Source: Comamonadaceae bacterium (GTDB lineage Bacteria > Pseudomonadota > Gammaproteobacteria > Burkholderiales > Burkholderiaceae_C). From it: DNA of 64,000 bases. A program made the position numbers and the translations under genes. The stretch lies in assembly GCA_027488735.1 (NCBI GenBank), contig JAIYBB010000002.1, positions 11,053 through 75,052 on the forward strand, written 5' to 3'. Shown here one piece after another: positions 42,601 through 52,765 of this stretch. Each line of letters opens with the position of its first letter. Position 1 is the stretch's first letter. The notes beneath the pieces were generated by a model that worked only from the letters and a program-made list of their open reading frames with translations, was not told where the DNA came from and made no database searches.

Positions 42601-43425
42601 ATGGCACACACACTGACACAGGTTCAAGCCAAAGCCCAACGCATTGAATTGCAAACACCTAGCGGCGTGCAAGTCTGGCATGTGTGGAACCGGGACGCAG
42701 GCCATCCCTTGGTGTTGTTGCACGGTGGCAGTGGCAGTTGGAACCATTGGGTGCGCAACGTAGAGGCACTCAGCCAACAGCGTGCGGTATGGGCCCTGGA
42801 CACACCGGGCTTGGGTGACTCAGAGTTGCCACCAGGCGCGGCAGACGCTGACGATTTACACCATCCCCTAGAGCAAGGTTTGCAATTGTTGTTTGCAGAC
42901 CTAGCGTTAGACATTGTGGGGTTTTCTTTCGGTGGTTTGGTCGCAGGATTTTTGGCCGCTGCATACCCAACGCGCATCAAGCGCTTGGTGTTGGTGGGAA
43001 TTCCGGGCTTGGGCTTGTCCAACCAGATAGCGAACATGCGGGGCTTTCGCGCAGACATGACGCAGCAGCAGCGGTATGAAGTGCATCGCAATAACTTGCT
43101 AGCCATCATGTTGTTTGATGACACACTCATCACAGACGAATTATTGGAAATGCAAGAACACAATGTGCAGCGCGATCGCTTGCGCAAAAGACGCATTGCA
43201 CGCAGTGACGCGATGTTGCCCTTGCAAAAAATGTGGCAGTGTCCGGTGTACGGCATCTGGGGCGAAAACGATGCGCTTTACCAAGGCAGTTTGCATCAGA
43301 TCAAAGCCTTGTTGTCGGGTTGCGATTTGCGCGCCTTTCATGTGGTGCCAGAAGCAGGCCATTGGGTGCAATATGAAAGACCGCAAGCGTTCCATGCTGT
43401 GCTGCAATCTTGTCTGTCGGATTGA
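42601..43425 (+). CDS. Alpha/beta-fold hydrolase
   Basis: HPLVLLHGGSGSW..W, nucleophile-elbow-like GFSFGG, C-terminal GHWVQYE. Start is taken at ATG 42601; the longer ORF reads through the tRNA. Confidence 0.75.
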   Translation: MAHTLTQVQAKAQRIELQTPSGVQVWHVWNRDAGHPLVLLHGGSGSWNHWVRNVEALSQQRAVWALDTPGLGDSELPPGAADADDLHHPLEQGLQLLFADLALDIVGFSFGGLVAGFLAAAYPTRIKRLVLVGIPGLGLSNQIANMRGFRADMTQQQRYEVHRNNLLAIMLFDDTLITDELLEMQEHNVQRDRLRKRRIARSDAMLPLQKMWQCPVYGIWGENDALYQGSLHQIKALLSGCDLRAFHVVPEAGHWVQYERPQAFHAVLQSCLSD

Positions 43426-43454
43426 CTGCGCCCAAGCAAGCGCACAATACGCGC

Positions 43455-43778
43455 ATGCTCTACAAATTCAAATCCAAAGCCGCCGGTGACTTGATACTGC
43501 TTGAACCCCAAGGCAAACAGTTTTTACAACTCATAGGCAAGCCGGTGCAAGCCCAAGGCATCATCGAACCGCAAGAGATGCTTGCAGCCATCGCCGCACT
43601 GCAAGCAGCCATTGCAGCGCAAGAAGCCGAGCAGCAACTTGCCAAAGAACAAGCCAAAGAAAAAGGGCAGCCCGCGCCGGTGTTTGAGAGCATCAGTTTG
43701 CGCCAGCGTTGCAAGCCCATCATCGACATGCTTACCCGTTGCCAGCGCGAACAACAGCCCATCGTCTGGGGCGTGTGA
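43455..43778 (+). CDS. Small conserved protein, DUF1840-like
   Basis: MLYKFKSKAAGDLILLEPQGKQFLQLIGK... The family is recalled from memory only. Confidence 0.5.
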   Translation: MLYKFKSKAAGDLILLEPQGKQFLQLIGKPVQAQGIIEPQEMLAAIAALQAAIAAQEAEQQLAKEQAKEKGQPAPVFESISLRQRCKPIIDMLTRCQREQQPIVWGV

Positions 43779-44807
43779 ATGGCGCATCCCTACCAGGTAC
43801 TCACACCGTCGGTGGTTTTAGATGCATTAAGCGGTTTGGGCTTGGCGGTTGACGGACGTTTGAGCGCACTCAGCTCGTATGAAAACCGTGTGTACTTGGC
43901 GCATTTAGACGACGACACATCCGTGGTCGCCAAGTTTTACAGACCCGGGCGATGGAGCGAAGTGCAGATACGCGAGGAACACAGTTTCACCGCAGAGTTG
44001 GTGGCAGAGGACATTCCTGTGGTCGGCCCCTTGGTGCTCAACAGCATGAGCCTGCATGAAGCCCGCGTGGTGCAGGATGGCGTGGACGGACATTTCTGGT
44101 TCAGCGTCAGTCCACGCCGCGGCGGTCGCGCGCCCGAGTTGGACGACCCCGAGGTGTTGATGTGGATAGGCCGCTTGATGGCGCGCATGCATTTGGTCGG
44201 CGAGCGTCACGCCTTCAGCGTCAGGCCTGCGTTGAACCTGCACACCTTTGGCGAGCAGTCGCGCGATCAGTTGATGTCGCAACAACAAATAGCCGAGGAA
44301 GTGCAGCAGCAATGGCTGTCTTTGTGCGATCAAGCCTTGGCGTTGGTGAAACAACAAATGCCGCCAGAACTCAAATTGTTGCGTTTGCACGGCGACTGTC
44401 ACCCCGGCAATATTTTGTGGACACCTGAGGGCATGCCTGAGCCCGGGCCGCATTTTGTCGACATGGACGATGCGCGCACAGGCCCTGCGGTGCAAGACCT
44501 GTGGATGCTGGTGCACGGCGACACGGCAGAGCGACGCCAGAAAATGGAAATCGTGCTGGAGGGTTATGAGAGCGTGCGCCGCTTTGACCGGCGTGAATTG
44601 CAATGCATAGAACCGCTGCGCACCTTGCGCATCATTCACTACAGCGCGTGGCTGGCCGGGCGGCAAGACGACCCGGCGTTCCCTATGCACTTTCCGTGGT
44701 TCGGTACGTCAGACTATTGGCGCGGTCAGTGCGATACCTTGCGTGAGCAAATAGAGGCCATGCAATCTGACGAAACAGCCAACAGCTATTCGTCAGATTG
44801 GCCGTGA
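43779..44807 (+). CDS. srkA: Stress-response serine/threonine kinase SrkA (YihE/RdoA family)
   Basis: SYENRVY, VAKFYRPGRWS..QI.EEH.F, LHGDCHPGNILW, DMDDA..GPAVQDLWML. Confidence 0.85.
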   Translation: MAHPYQVLTPSVVLDALSGLGLAVDGRLSALSSYENRVYLAHLDDDTSVVAKFYRPGRWSEVQIREEHSFTAELVAEDIPVVGPLVLNSMSLHEARVVQDGVDGHFWFSVSPRRGGRAPELDDPEVLMWIGRLMARMHLVGERHAFSVRPALNLHTFGEQSRDQLMSQQQIAEEVQQQWLSLCDQALALVKQQMPPELKLLRLHGDCHPGNILWTPEGMPEPGPHFVDMDDARTGPAVQDLWMLVHGDTAERRQKMEIVLEGYESVRRFDRRELQCIEPLRTLRIIHYSAWLAGRQDDPAFPMHFPWFGTSDYWRGQCDTLREQIEAMQSDETANSYSSDWP

Positions 44808-44811
44808 AGAC

Positions 44812-46752
44812 TTAAACCAACAAAGCATTCACCCGCTTCACATACGCCGCCGGGTCATCCGGCAAACCGCCTTCGGCCAGCAGCGCTTGGTCAAACAAAA
44901 TATGCGCCAAGTCATGGAAGTGAATTTGCCCGGCATCGCTGTCGATTTTTTTCACCAGCGCGTGCTCGGCGTTGATCTCCAAAATCGGTTTGGCCTCCGG
45001 CGCATTTTGACCGGCTTGTTTCAACATGCGCGCCATTTGCAAAGACACGCCATGGTCTTTCACCACCAGACAAGCGGGTGAGTCCACCAAGCGCGTGGTG
45101 ATGCGCACGTCTTCGGCTTTGTCTTTCAACGCTTCTTTCAGCTTGGCCAGCAAAGGCTTCATGCTGTCGGCAGCGGCTTCAGCGGCTTTTTTCTCTTCTT
45201 CGTCTTGCAGCTTGCCCAAGTCGAAAGCGCCTTTGGCCACGCTTTGCAGTGGCGTGCCGTCGAACTCGTTCAAAAAGCCCAAGGCCCATTCATCCACACG
45301 GTCCGACATCAGCAACACCTCGATGCCTTTTTTGCGGAAGACTTCCAGTTGCGGGCTGTTTTTGGCGGCCGCCAGGCTGTCAGCGGTGACGTAGTAAATC
45401 GCTTCCTGGCCTTCTTTCATGCGCGCTTTGTAATCGCCAAAGCCCACGTTCACGGTGTCGCTGGTGGTGCTGGCAAAACGCAGCAGTTTGGCAATCTTGT
45501 CTTTGTTGGCAAAGTCTTCGCCCAAACCTTCTTTGAGCACCGCGCCGAACTCGGCGTAAAACTTACTGAATTTGCCAGCGTCTTTTTTGTCTTCATCGCT
45601 GGCGTCTGCTGCGGGTGCATCGTGCTTGGCTAAGTCCTCCAACATAGACAACACGCGGCGCGTGTTGCCTTCGCGAATCGCTTTCACGTCGCGGCTTTCT
45701 TGCAGCAACTCGCGGCTCACGTTCAAAGGCAAGTCGGCGGAATCCACCACGCCTTTGACAAAGCGCAAATAGGTGGGCATCAAGGCTTCCGCGTCGTCCA
45801 TGATGAACACGCGTTTCACATACAGCTTGATACCGGCTTTTTTGTCGCGGTTCCACAAATCGAAAGGCGCTTTGCCCGGCAAATACAACAGCTGTGTGTA
45901 CTCGGTGCTGCCTTCCACGCGGTTGTGGCTCCAAGCCAGCGGCGCTTCGAAATCGTGGCTGATGGCTTTGTAAAACTCGGCGTGTTGTTCTTCGGTGATG
46001 TCTTTTTTCGGGCGAGTCCACAAAGCACTGGCTTTGTTGACGGTTTCCCATTCGTCGGTGACCACCATTTCGCCCGGCTGGTCGTTTTCGCCTTCTTTCC
46101 ATTCCTCTTTGCGCATCAGGATAGGCAGGGAAATATGGTCTGAATATTTACCAATGATGGACTTCAGTTTCCAACTGCTCAGGTACTCGTCGGCGTCATC
46201 ACGCATATGCAAAATGATGTGGGTGCCGCGCTCTTTTTGCGTGATGGTTTCCACCTCGAAGTCGCCGCTGCCGCCGCTGGTCCAGCGCACACCTTCTTTG
46301 GCGTCCAAACCGGCGCGGCGGGTTTCCACCACGATCTTGTCGGCGACGATGAAGCCGGAATAAAAACCAACACCGAATTGACCGATCAACGCGCCTTGGT
46401 CTTTCGCGTCCGACTGTTGGTCGCCGGAGAGCTTGCTCATGAAGTCGCGGGTGCCGCTTTTGGCGATGGTGCCCAAGTGGTCAATCGCATCTTGCTGGCT
46501 CATGCCAATGCCGTTGTCGCTGATGGTCAAGGTTTTGGCGGCTTTGTCAAAAGCCACTTTGATTTCCAATGTTGGCGCGTCTTCGTACAAACCGGTGTTG
46601 TTCAGGGCTTCATAACGCAGTTTGTCGCAAGCGTCGGACGCGTTGGATACCAGCTCGCGCAAAAAGATTTCTTTGTTGGAATACAGCGAATGCGTGACCA
46701 GGTGCAGTAACTGGGCAACTTCGGCTTGGAAGGAATGGGTGTGTTTTGACAT
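44812..46752 (-). CDS. htpG: Molecular chaperone HtpG (Hsp90)
   Basis: [55 protein letters not shown]; 646 aa. Confidence 0.96.
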   Translation of the reverse strand: MSKHTHSFQAEVAQLLHLVTHSLYSNKEIFLRELVSNASDACDKLRYEALNNTGLYEDAPTLEIKVAFDKAAKTLTISDNGIGMSQQDAIDHLGTIAKSGTRDFMSKLSGDQQSDAKDQGALIGQFGVGFYSGFIVADKIVVETRRAGLDAKEGVRWTSGGSGDFEVETITQKERGTHIILHMRDDADEYLSSWKLKSIIGKYSDHISLPILMRKEEWKEGENDQPGEMVVTDEWETVNKASALWTRPKKDITEEQHAEFYKAISHDFEAPLAWSHNRVEGSTEYTQLLYLPGKAPFDLWNRDKKAGIKLYVKRVFIMDDAEALMPTYLRFVKGVVDSADLPLNVSRELLQESRDVKAIREGNTRRVLSMLEDLAKHDAPAADASDEDKKDAGKFSKFYAEFGAVLKEGLGEDFANKDKIAKLLRFASTTSDTVNVGFGDYKARMKEGQEAIYYVTADSLAAAKNSPQLEVFRKKGIEVLLMSDRVDEWALGFLNEFDGTPLQSVAKGAFDLGKLQDEEEKKAAEAAADSMKPLLAKLKEALKDKAEDVRITTRLVDSPACLVVKDHGVSLQMARMLKQAGQNAPEAKPILEINAEHALVKKIDSDAGQIHFHDLAHILFDQALLAEGGLPDDPAAYVKRVNALLV

Positions 46753-46785
46753 GGGCTACCAAAGAAAAATGGATCTGATGAGGGG

Positions 46786-46813
46786 ATATGGGGCAAAACG
46801 GTGCGAAATCAAG
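46786..46813 (-). promoter_or_regulatory. Sigma-32 (RpoH)-type heat-shock promoter of htpG
   Basis: The minus strand reads CTTGATTT-N12-CCCCATAT (consensus CTTGAAA-N13-15-CCCCATnT). The -10 ends 33 nt upstream of the htpG ATG. Confidence 0.65.
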
Positions 46814-46914
46814 TGAAACTCGTTAGCAATAAAATCACGAAAGACGAAAAAATCAATAAAATAGGTTATTATTTTCATGCATTTTAAAATTTATTAACTG
46901 TTAAGGAGACATTC

Positions 46915-47469
46915 ATGAGGCCGATAAGTGTTATTTTGTGGTCGTGTGTCTTGTGTTTGCAAGCATGCGCCGTCTCGCAAAGCGGTGACACCGGTCAGTT
47001 CTCCAAAGCACAAAGCCTGACAGAGTTGGCAGGCACTTATAAAAACCTGGCGGAAAAAACCAAACCACAAGACAAAGAGGCCTACCTGAGTGCAATTTTG
47101 TGGCCGGAAGACTCAGCAATCAATCCTGCTGACATTGACACCATCAAGGTGTCTGTGTTGAATGAAGACACGGTGGAAGTGGTGGCTCAATCATCAAGTG
47201 GCAGCCAGCTCAAAGCCGCCTCATTTGTCCGGGGAAAGCATTTTCAACTTCGCAACGGGCAACTTGAAATCCTCTCAAGGTCGCAAGTGGCAGGCTTTCA
47301 AGCCGGTGAGCCAATGGTGGGGGTTGCCAGCGAAAAAATTGTTATTGGGCTTGATTCTCAAGGCAATGGCAAGGTCAGACAAAACATGAGCGCTACAGGC
47401 ATGGCTTTCTTAATCATTCCTATGCACGTGTCTGAAGAAACCAATTTGCGCTTTGTCAAAATCCCATAA
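46915..47469 (+). CDS. Hypothetical lipoprotein
   Basis: RBS AAGGAG, lipobox LQAC at residues 15-18, AT-richer composition. No family recognised. Confidence 0.6.
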   Translation: MRPISVILWSCVLCLQACAVSQSGDTGQFSKAQSLTELAGTYKNLAEKTKPQDKEAYLSAILWPEDSAINPADIDTIKVSVLNEDTVEVVAQSSSGSQLKAASFVRGKHFQLRNGQLEILSRSQVAGFQAGEPMVGVASEKIVIGLDSQGNGKVRQNMSATGMAFLIIPMHVSEETNLRFVKIP

Positions 47470-47472
47470 AGC

Positions 47473-48255
47473 TCAGGCAAAGGTTTCGTCCCGCCCTAAA
47501 TAGCGCCATTGACCGACAGGCAGTTGGCCTAATTTCACCCGGCCTATGCGCACCCGCTTCAAGCCAACCACGGTCAAGCCCACCAGTTCACACATGCGGC
47601 GTATCTGCCGCTTTTTGCCCTCGGTCAGCACAAAACGCAGTTGCTCGGGGTTTTGCCAATCCACTTGCGCGGTTTTCAGCGCTTGCCCGTCCAGCGACAA
47701 ACCGTGGCGCAGCAAAGCCAGTTTGTCTTCTGGAAACAGCGACTGCACATCGGTTTGCACCTCACCAGCGGGCAAGCGTCCGTATTGCACCCGCACCAAA
47801 TATTCTTTCTCCACACCGGAGTTTTCGCCGATGAGTTGGCGCGCCACGCGACCATCTTGCGTCAGTACCAGCAAACCCACCGAATCAATGTCCAATCGAC
47901 CGGCAGGTGCCAAGCCCATGCGCTGGCGCGGCGCAAAGCGTGTGGTTGATCGATCATCGCGCCAATGCGTGCGGGCTTCGATCAGGTTGATCGCCGGTTC
48001 ATGGCCGTCTTCGGCTTGGCCGCTGACATAGCCCATGGGCTTGTGCAACAAAATCGTCACTTGCTTGTCTTGCTGACCGCGGGCCAATGCATCCACTTCA
48101 ATGCGGTCGAGCGGGCTCACCGGTTTGCCCAGCACTGCCGTTTCACCGTTGACTTTCACCCAGCCTTTGGCAATCCAATCGTCGGCTTCGCGGCGTGAGC
48201 AAATGCCGAGTTCGGCCATGCGCTTGTTCAGTCTGATGGTGGTGGTGTCGTTCAT
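47473..48255 (-). CDS. Pseudouridine synthase, RsuA/RluF family
   Basis: S4 domain RLNKRMAELGICSRREADDWI..G.V.VNG, catalytic GRLDIDSVGLLVLT, KKRQIRRMCE. Start is ATG 48255. Confidence 0.85.
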   Translation of the reverse strand: MNDTTTIRLNKRMAELGICSRREADDWIAKGWVKVNGETAVLGKPVSPLDRIEVDALARGQQDKQVTILLHKPMGYVSGQAEDGHEPAINLIEARTHWRDDRSTTRFAPRQRMGLAPAGRLDIDSVGLLVLTQDGRVARQLIGENSGVEKEYLVRVQYGRLPAGEVQTDVQSLFPEDKLALLRHGLSLDGQALKTAQVDWQNPEQLRFVLTEGKKRQIRRMCELVGLTVVGLKRVRIGRVKLGQLPVGQWRYLGRDETFA

Positions 48256-48968
48256 GTGAGGCTCAGTGTATGGCTTCGCAGCGCGGGCAAATTCAAGATG
48301 CGTATGCCGCCATAAGTGACCTTGATCCATTGCGCTGCTTCCAAACGCTTCAATGCCACGTTCACGCGTTGCCTTGACAAGCCCACCAAATAACCCAACT
48401 CTTGCTGGGTGATGTGGAGCAATTCACCCACGCCCGGAAACAGCACTGGATTGACCAAGGCCGCGAGGTTGCGGGCCACGCGCAAGTCCGGGTTGTTGAT
48501 GCGGTCGATTTCACGCGCGGCAATGAACTGGCCGAGTCGTTCGTTCAACTGGTTCATGATGAAGCGGTTAAAGCCAATGGAGGCAGAAAGCAAGCCATGG
48601 AAAGTCTCAATGGGTAAACCGGCCACCACGCTTGGCCGCAAGGCTTGTACGTTGTAGCGGTAGGGCTCGCGTTTCAACACTGTGCCCTCACCGAACCAGC
48701 CTCCTCGCGACACGCCTGTGAAAGTCAAGCTGTCGCCTTTGTCGGTGTCGATGTTCATTTTGAGTAGACCGTCGATCACGCCAAACCAATACGTGGGCGC
48801 GCGGCCGATGCGGCACACCACATCGCCGCCGAATGCATCGCCGACCACCAGTCTGGGCAAGGTGTGCGCCCGCTCCTGCGGGTTGAGCAGTCCCAGCCAA
48901 GGAATGCCGTCGAGTTCGGCGGTTGTGGGTACGCGGCGGCGCTGGTGCAGGGTCAGGTCGTGGGACAT
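48252..48968 (-). CDS. Crp/Fnr family transcriptional regulator
   Basis: cNMP-binding-like beta-barrel (GWFGEG), C-terminal HTH ITQQELGYLVGLSRQRVNVALKRLE. No FNR-type N-terminal Cys cluster. Confidence 0.8.
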   Translation of the reverse strand: MSHDLTLHQRRRVPTTAELDGIPWLGLLNPQERAHTLPRLVVGDAFGGDVVCRIGRAPTYWFGVIDGLLKMNIDTDKGDSLTFTGVSRGGWFGEGTVLKREPYRYNVQALRPSVVAGLPIETFHGLLSASIGFNRFIMNQLNERLGQFIAAREIDRINNPDLRVARNLAALVNPVLFPGVGELLHITQQELGYLVGLSRQRVNVALKRLEAAQWIKVTYGGIRILNLPALRSHTLSLT

Positions 48969-49105
48969 GGCAAAAAAAGGGGTCAATAAAGTCTAGGTAT
49001 CTACCCTAAATTGTCGTTCAAAAGACAAAAAAGCGTCAAACTTGGTCCTAATATTCGCAACTCTGCGCGGGCGTGAGTCCGCGTGCTTTGTGATTTGAAT
49101 GGCAC

Positions 49106-51052
49106 ATGGACACGACTTTCCCCCGACTTTTGGCCCATCACGCCCGGCAACGCCCCGGCGACGCAGCGTTGCGCGAGAAGGAATACGGCATTTGGCAAAC
49201 CCTCGGCTGGGCTGATTTGTATGCCATGGTTGGGCACATGGCGCATGCGTTTGCCAAAGACGGTTTACAACGCGGTGACCATGTGGTCATCGTCGGCGCC
49301 AACCGCCCGCGCCTGTATGCCAGCATGCTGGCGGTACAAGTATTGGGCGGCATACCGGTGCCGCTTTACCAGGACGCGGTTGCCACGGAATATGTGTTTC
49401 CCATCAACAATGCCGAGGTGAGGTTTGCGGTGGTGGAAAACCAAGAGCAGGTCGATAAATTGCTGGAAATACATGCGGACTGTCCCTGTCTGCAACGTAT
49501 TTATTACGACGACCCGCGCGGCTTGCGCCATTACCCGCAAACATTTTTGAGCCAACTGCAGCAGGTGTTGCGCGATGGTTCGGCACGGGCCGCAGAACAC
49601 CCCTTGTTTGTCGAAGAACAATTGGCACTGGGTCAGCCCGATGATGTCGCGGCCATGTTTTTCACCTCGGGCACCACCGGCAACCCCAAAGGCGTGGTGC
49701 ACACGCACCGCAGTTTGATTGACCGCGCCAAAGCCGGGGCTGACTTTGACACACTGACCAGCCGTGAAGAAGTGCTGGCATATTTGCCGCCTGCTTGGAT
49801 CGGGCAAAACATCTTCAGTTATGCGCAGTGGTTGTATTGCGGTTATGTGGTGAATTGCCCCGAATCAGCAGAAACGGTGACCATCGATTTGAAAGAGGTA
49901 GGACCCACTTATTACTTCGCGCCGCCACGTGTGTTCGAAGGATTGCTCACGCAAGTGATGATCCGCATGGAAGATGCCAGCCCGATCAAGCGCCGCATGT
50001 TCAAGTACTTCATGGACGTCGCGCGTGAATATGGACCGCGTCGCATGGAAGGCAAAGCCATTGGCATGTGGCCCCTCGTGTTGTACGGCTTGGGCAATGT
50101 CTTGGTTTATGGCCCTTTGCGCAACAACCTTGGTTTGTCGCGGGTGCGTGTAGCCTACACCGCAGGTGAAGCCATCGGTCCTGACCTGTTCAGCTTTTAC
50201 CGCTCTATCGGCATCAACCTCAAGCAGTTGTACGGCTCCACAGAAACTGCGGTGTTCGTGTGTTTGCAACCGGACCACCAAGCGTATGCGGACACCGTCG
50301 GTGTGCCATGCGATGGTGTGGAAATCAAAGTGGCTGAGAACGGCGAAATTTTGGTCAAGTCCGCCGGTTTGCTCAAAGGCTATTACAAAAACCCCGAAGC
50401 CACGGCCGAAGTGCTGAGCGCCGAAGGTTGGTACAAAACCAATGACGCGGGCTTCATCGACAGTCGCGGGCATTTGAAAATCATCGACCGCGTGAAAGAT
50501 GTGGGCCGCATCCAAGGCGGCGCGAACGACGGCGCCATGTTCGCGCCCAAGTATGTGGAAAACAAGTTGAAATTTTTCCCATTCATCAAAGAAGCCGTGG
50601 CCTATGGCGACGGGCGCGACAAAGTGTGCGTCATGCTCAATATCGACTTTGATGCGGTGGGCAATTGGGCCGAGCGACGCAACCTGCCGTATGCCGGCTA
50701 CACCGATTTGGCGCAAAAACCCGAGGTCTACCAATTGATTTTGGAATGCGTGGAAAAAGTCAACGCAGATTTGTCGGTCGACACATTGCTGGCCGGTTCG
50801 CAAATCAGCCGCTTCTTGGTGCTGCACAAAGAACTCGACGCAGATGACGGTGAACTCACGCGCACCAACAAGGTACGCCGTGGCTATATCGCCGAAAAAT
50901 ACGCGGTATTGGTGGAGGCTTTGTACGAAGGAATGGCGCAGCAATTCATTGAAACCGCTGTCAAATTTGAAGACGGCAGAAGCGGCAACGTCAGCGCCAC
51001 GTTGACCTTGTCAGACGCCAAAGTATTCAACGCTGTGGAGCGTGCCGCATGA
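49106..51052 (+). CDS. AMP-dependent synthetase/ligase (long-chain acyl-CoA synthetase-like)
   Basis: FFTSGTTGNPKGVVHTH, YGSTE and TNDAG..D..GHLKI.DR.KD motifs; 648 aa. Confidence 0.85.
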   Translation: MDTTFPRLLAHHARQRPGDAALREKEYGIWQTLGWADLYAMVGHMAHAFAKDGLQRGDHVVIVGANRPRLYASMLAVQVLGGIPVPLYQDAVATEYVFPINNAEVRFAVVENQEQVDKLLEIHADCPCLQRIYYDDPRGLRHYPQTFLSQLQQVLRDGSARAAEHPLFVEEQLALGQPDDVAAMFFTSGTTGNPKGVVHTHRSLIDRAKAGADFDTLTSREEVLAYLPPAWIGQNIFSYAQWLYCGYVVNCPESAETVTIDLKEVGPTYYFAPPRVFEGLLTQVMIRMEDASPIKRRMFKYFMDVAREYGPRRMEGKAIGMWPLVLYGLGNVLVYGPLRNNLGLSRVRVAYTAGEAIGPDLFSFYRSIGINLKQLYGSTETAVFVCLQPDHQAYADTVGVPCDGVEIKVAENGEILVKSAGLLKGYYKNPEATAEVLSAEGWYKTNDAGFIDSRGHLKIIDRVKDVGRIQGGANDGAMFAPKYVENKLKFFPFIKEAVAYGDGRDKVCVMLNIDFDAVGNWAERRNLPYAGYTDLAQKPEVYQLILECVEKVNADLSVDTLLAGSQISRFLVLHKELDADDGELTRTNKVRRGYIAEKYAVLVEALYEGMAQQFIETAVKFEDGRSGNVSATLTLSDAKVFNAVERAA

Positions 51053-51831
51053 GCAAACACATAGGCGACGTCATATTGAATGTGCAAAACATATCGCTCA
51101 GCTTTGGCGGTGTCAAAGCGTTGGCGGACATCAGCTTTGATGTGCGCGAACACGAGATACGCGCCATCATCGGGCCCAATGGCGCGGGCAAAAGCTCGAT
51201 GCTCAATTGCATCAACGGCGTGTACACGCCGCAGCAAGGAAGCATCACTTTCCGCGGTCAAACCTTCAGCCACATGGACAGCCACCAAGTGGCGGTCATG
51301 GGTGTGGCGCGCACGTTCCAAAACCTGGCCTTGTTCAAAGGCATGAGCGTGCTTGACAACATCATGACCGGGCGCAATCTGCGCATGAAGTCGAACTTGT
51401 TTTTGCAGGCCATTCGCTTTGGCCCTGCACAGCGTGAAGAATTTGAACACCGCCAACGGGTCGAAGAAATCATCGACTTTTTGGAAATCCAGCCCTACCG
51501 AAAAACACCGGTGGGACAACTGCCGTACGGTTTGCAAAAACGTGTGGACTTGGGGCGTGCGCTGGCGCTTGAACCGCAAGTGCTGCTGTTGGACGAACCG
51601 ATGGCGGGTATGAATGTGGAAGAAAAACAAGACATGTGTCGTTTCATTTTGGATGTGAACGACGAGTTCGGCACCACGGTGGTGCTCATCGAGCACGACA
51701 TGGGGGTGGTGATGGATATTTCAGACCGCGTGGTGGTGCTGGACTACGGCAAAAAAATCGGCGACGGCACGCCCGATGAAGTGCGCAACAACCCCGAGGT
51801 GATAAGCGCCTACCTCGGTACAGGACATTGA
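51049..51831 (+). CDS. Branched-chain-type ABC transporter ATP-binding protein (LivG-like)
   Basis: Walker A GPNGAGKSS, signature LPYGLQKRV, Walker B LLLDEPMAGMN. Confidence 0.9.
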   Translation: MSKHIGDVILNVQNISLSFGGVKALADISFDVREHEIRAIIGPNGAGKSSMLNCINGVYTPQQGSITFRGQTFSHMDSHQVAVMGVARTFQNLALFKGMSVLDNIMTGRNLRMKSNLFLQAIRFGPAQREEFEHRQRVEEIIDFLEIQPYRKTPVGQLPYGLQKRVDLGRALALEPQVLLLDEPMAGMNVEEKQDMCRFILDVNDEFGTTVVLIEHDMGVVMDISDRVVVLDYGKKIGDGTPDEVRNNPEVISAYLGTGH

Positions 51832-51836
51832 CTGCC

Positions 51837-52763
51837 ATGGGATTCTTTCTTGAAACCTTGCTCAATGGCCTGATGGCCGGCATGCTGTATTCGCTGGTGG
51901 CTTTAGGCTTTGTGCTGATTTTCAAAGCCTCTGGCGTGTTCAATTTCGCCCAAGGTGCCATGGTGCTGTTTGCGGCCTTGGCGATGGCGCGTTTTTCCGA
52001 ATGGTTGAACGAAGCGGGCGTGGGCAATTTATGGGTGGTCAATCTGATCGCCTTTGCCATGGCGGGGGCCGTCATGTTCTGCGTGGCTTGGGCGATCGAG
52101 CGACTGGTGCTGCGCAATTTGGTCAACCAAGAAGGCACCACTTTGTTGATGGCCACCTTGGGCATCACGTATTTTCTAGAAGGCTTGGGCCAGTCAATAT
52201 TTGGCAGCGACATCTACAAAATCGATATTGGCATGCCCAAAGAACCGGTCATCGCTTTTCAAAATGTGTTTGAAGGCGGCATTTTGATCAACCAAGAAGA
52301 TTTGATCGCCGCCTTGATTGCCGCCGTGCTGGTGGTCGCCCTGTCGGTGTTTTTCCAGAAAACAGGCACAGGCCGGGCATTGCGTGCGGTGGCCGACGAT
52401 CACCAAGCGGCGCAGTCGATTGGTATTCCGCTCAACCGCATTTGGGTGATTGTGTGGTGCGTGGCGGGTGTGGTGGCCTTGGTCGCTGGCATGATTTGGG
52501 GCAGCAAACTGGGCGTGCAGTTTTCCTTGGCCACGGTCGCGTTGCGCGCCCTGCCAGTGGTGATTTTGGGCGGCTTGACATCGGTGCCTGGCGCCATCAT
52601 TGGGGGCTTGATCATCGGTGTCGGTGAAAAACTCTCCGAAGTGTATTTGGGTCCTTATGTCGGTGGTGGCATCGAAATTTGGTTTGCCTATGTGTTGGCT
52701 TTGTTGTTCTTGCTCGTGCGTCCTCAGGGGCTCTTTGGCGAGAAAATTATCGATCGCGTCTGA
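51837..52763 (+). CDS. Branched-chain-type ABC transporter permease (LivH-like)
   Basis: Polytopic; GLMAGMLYSLVALGFVLIF...FNFAQG N-terminus typical of the LivH family. Confidence 0.88.
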   Translation: MGFFLETLLNGLMAGMLYSLVALGFVLIFKASGVFNFAQGAMVLFAALAMARFSEWLNEAGVGNLWVVNLIAFAMAGAVMFCVAWAIERLVLRNLVNQEGTTLLMATLGITYFLEGLGQSIFGSDIYKIDIGMPKEPVIAFQNVFEGGILINQEDLIAALIAAVLVVALSVFFQKTGTGRALRAVADDHQAAQSIGIPLNRIWVIVWCVAGVVALVAGMIWGSKLGVQFSLATVALRALPVVILGGLTSVPGAIIGGLIIGVGEKLSEVYLGPYVGGGIEIWFAYVLALLFLLVRPQGLFGEKIIDRV

Positions 52764-52765
52764 AC

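Noticed and set aside
49060-49105. Possible Crp/Fnr operator TGTGA-N6-TGGCA just upstream of the acyl-CoA ligase gene
   Set aside because: Only half of the palindrome matches the CRP consensus, and it overlaps the start codon region. Too weak to call without comparative data.
49865-50944. 359-aa minus-strand ORF. Similar long antisense ORFs occur at 8513-9493, 43905-44690, 17114-17977, 24993-25784 and 53914-54741.
   Set aside because: All are shadow ORFs opposite confidently identified genes. None has recognisable motifs, and their composition is typical of antisense frames in high-GC DNA.
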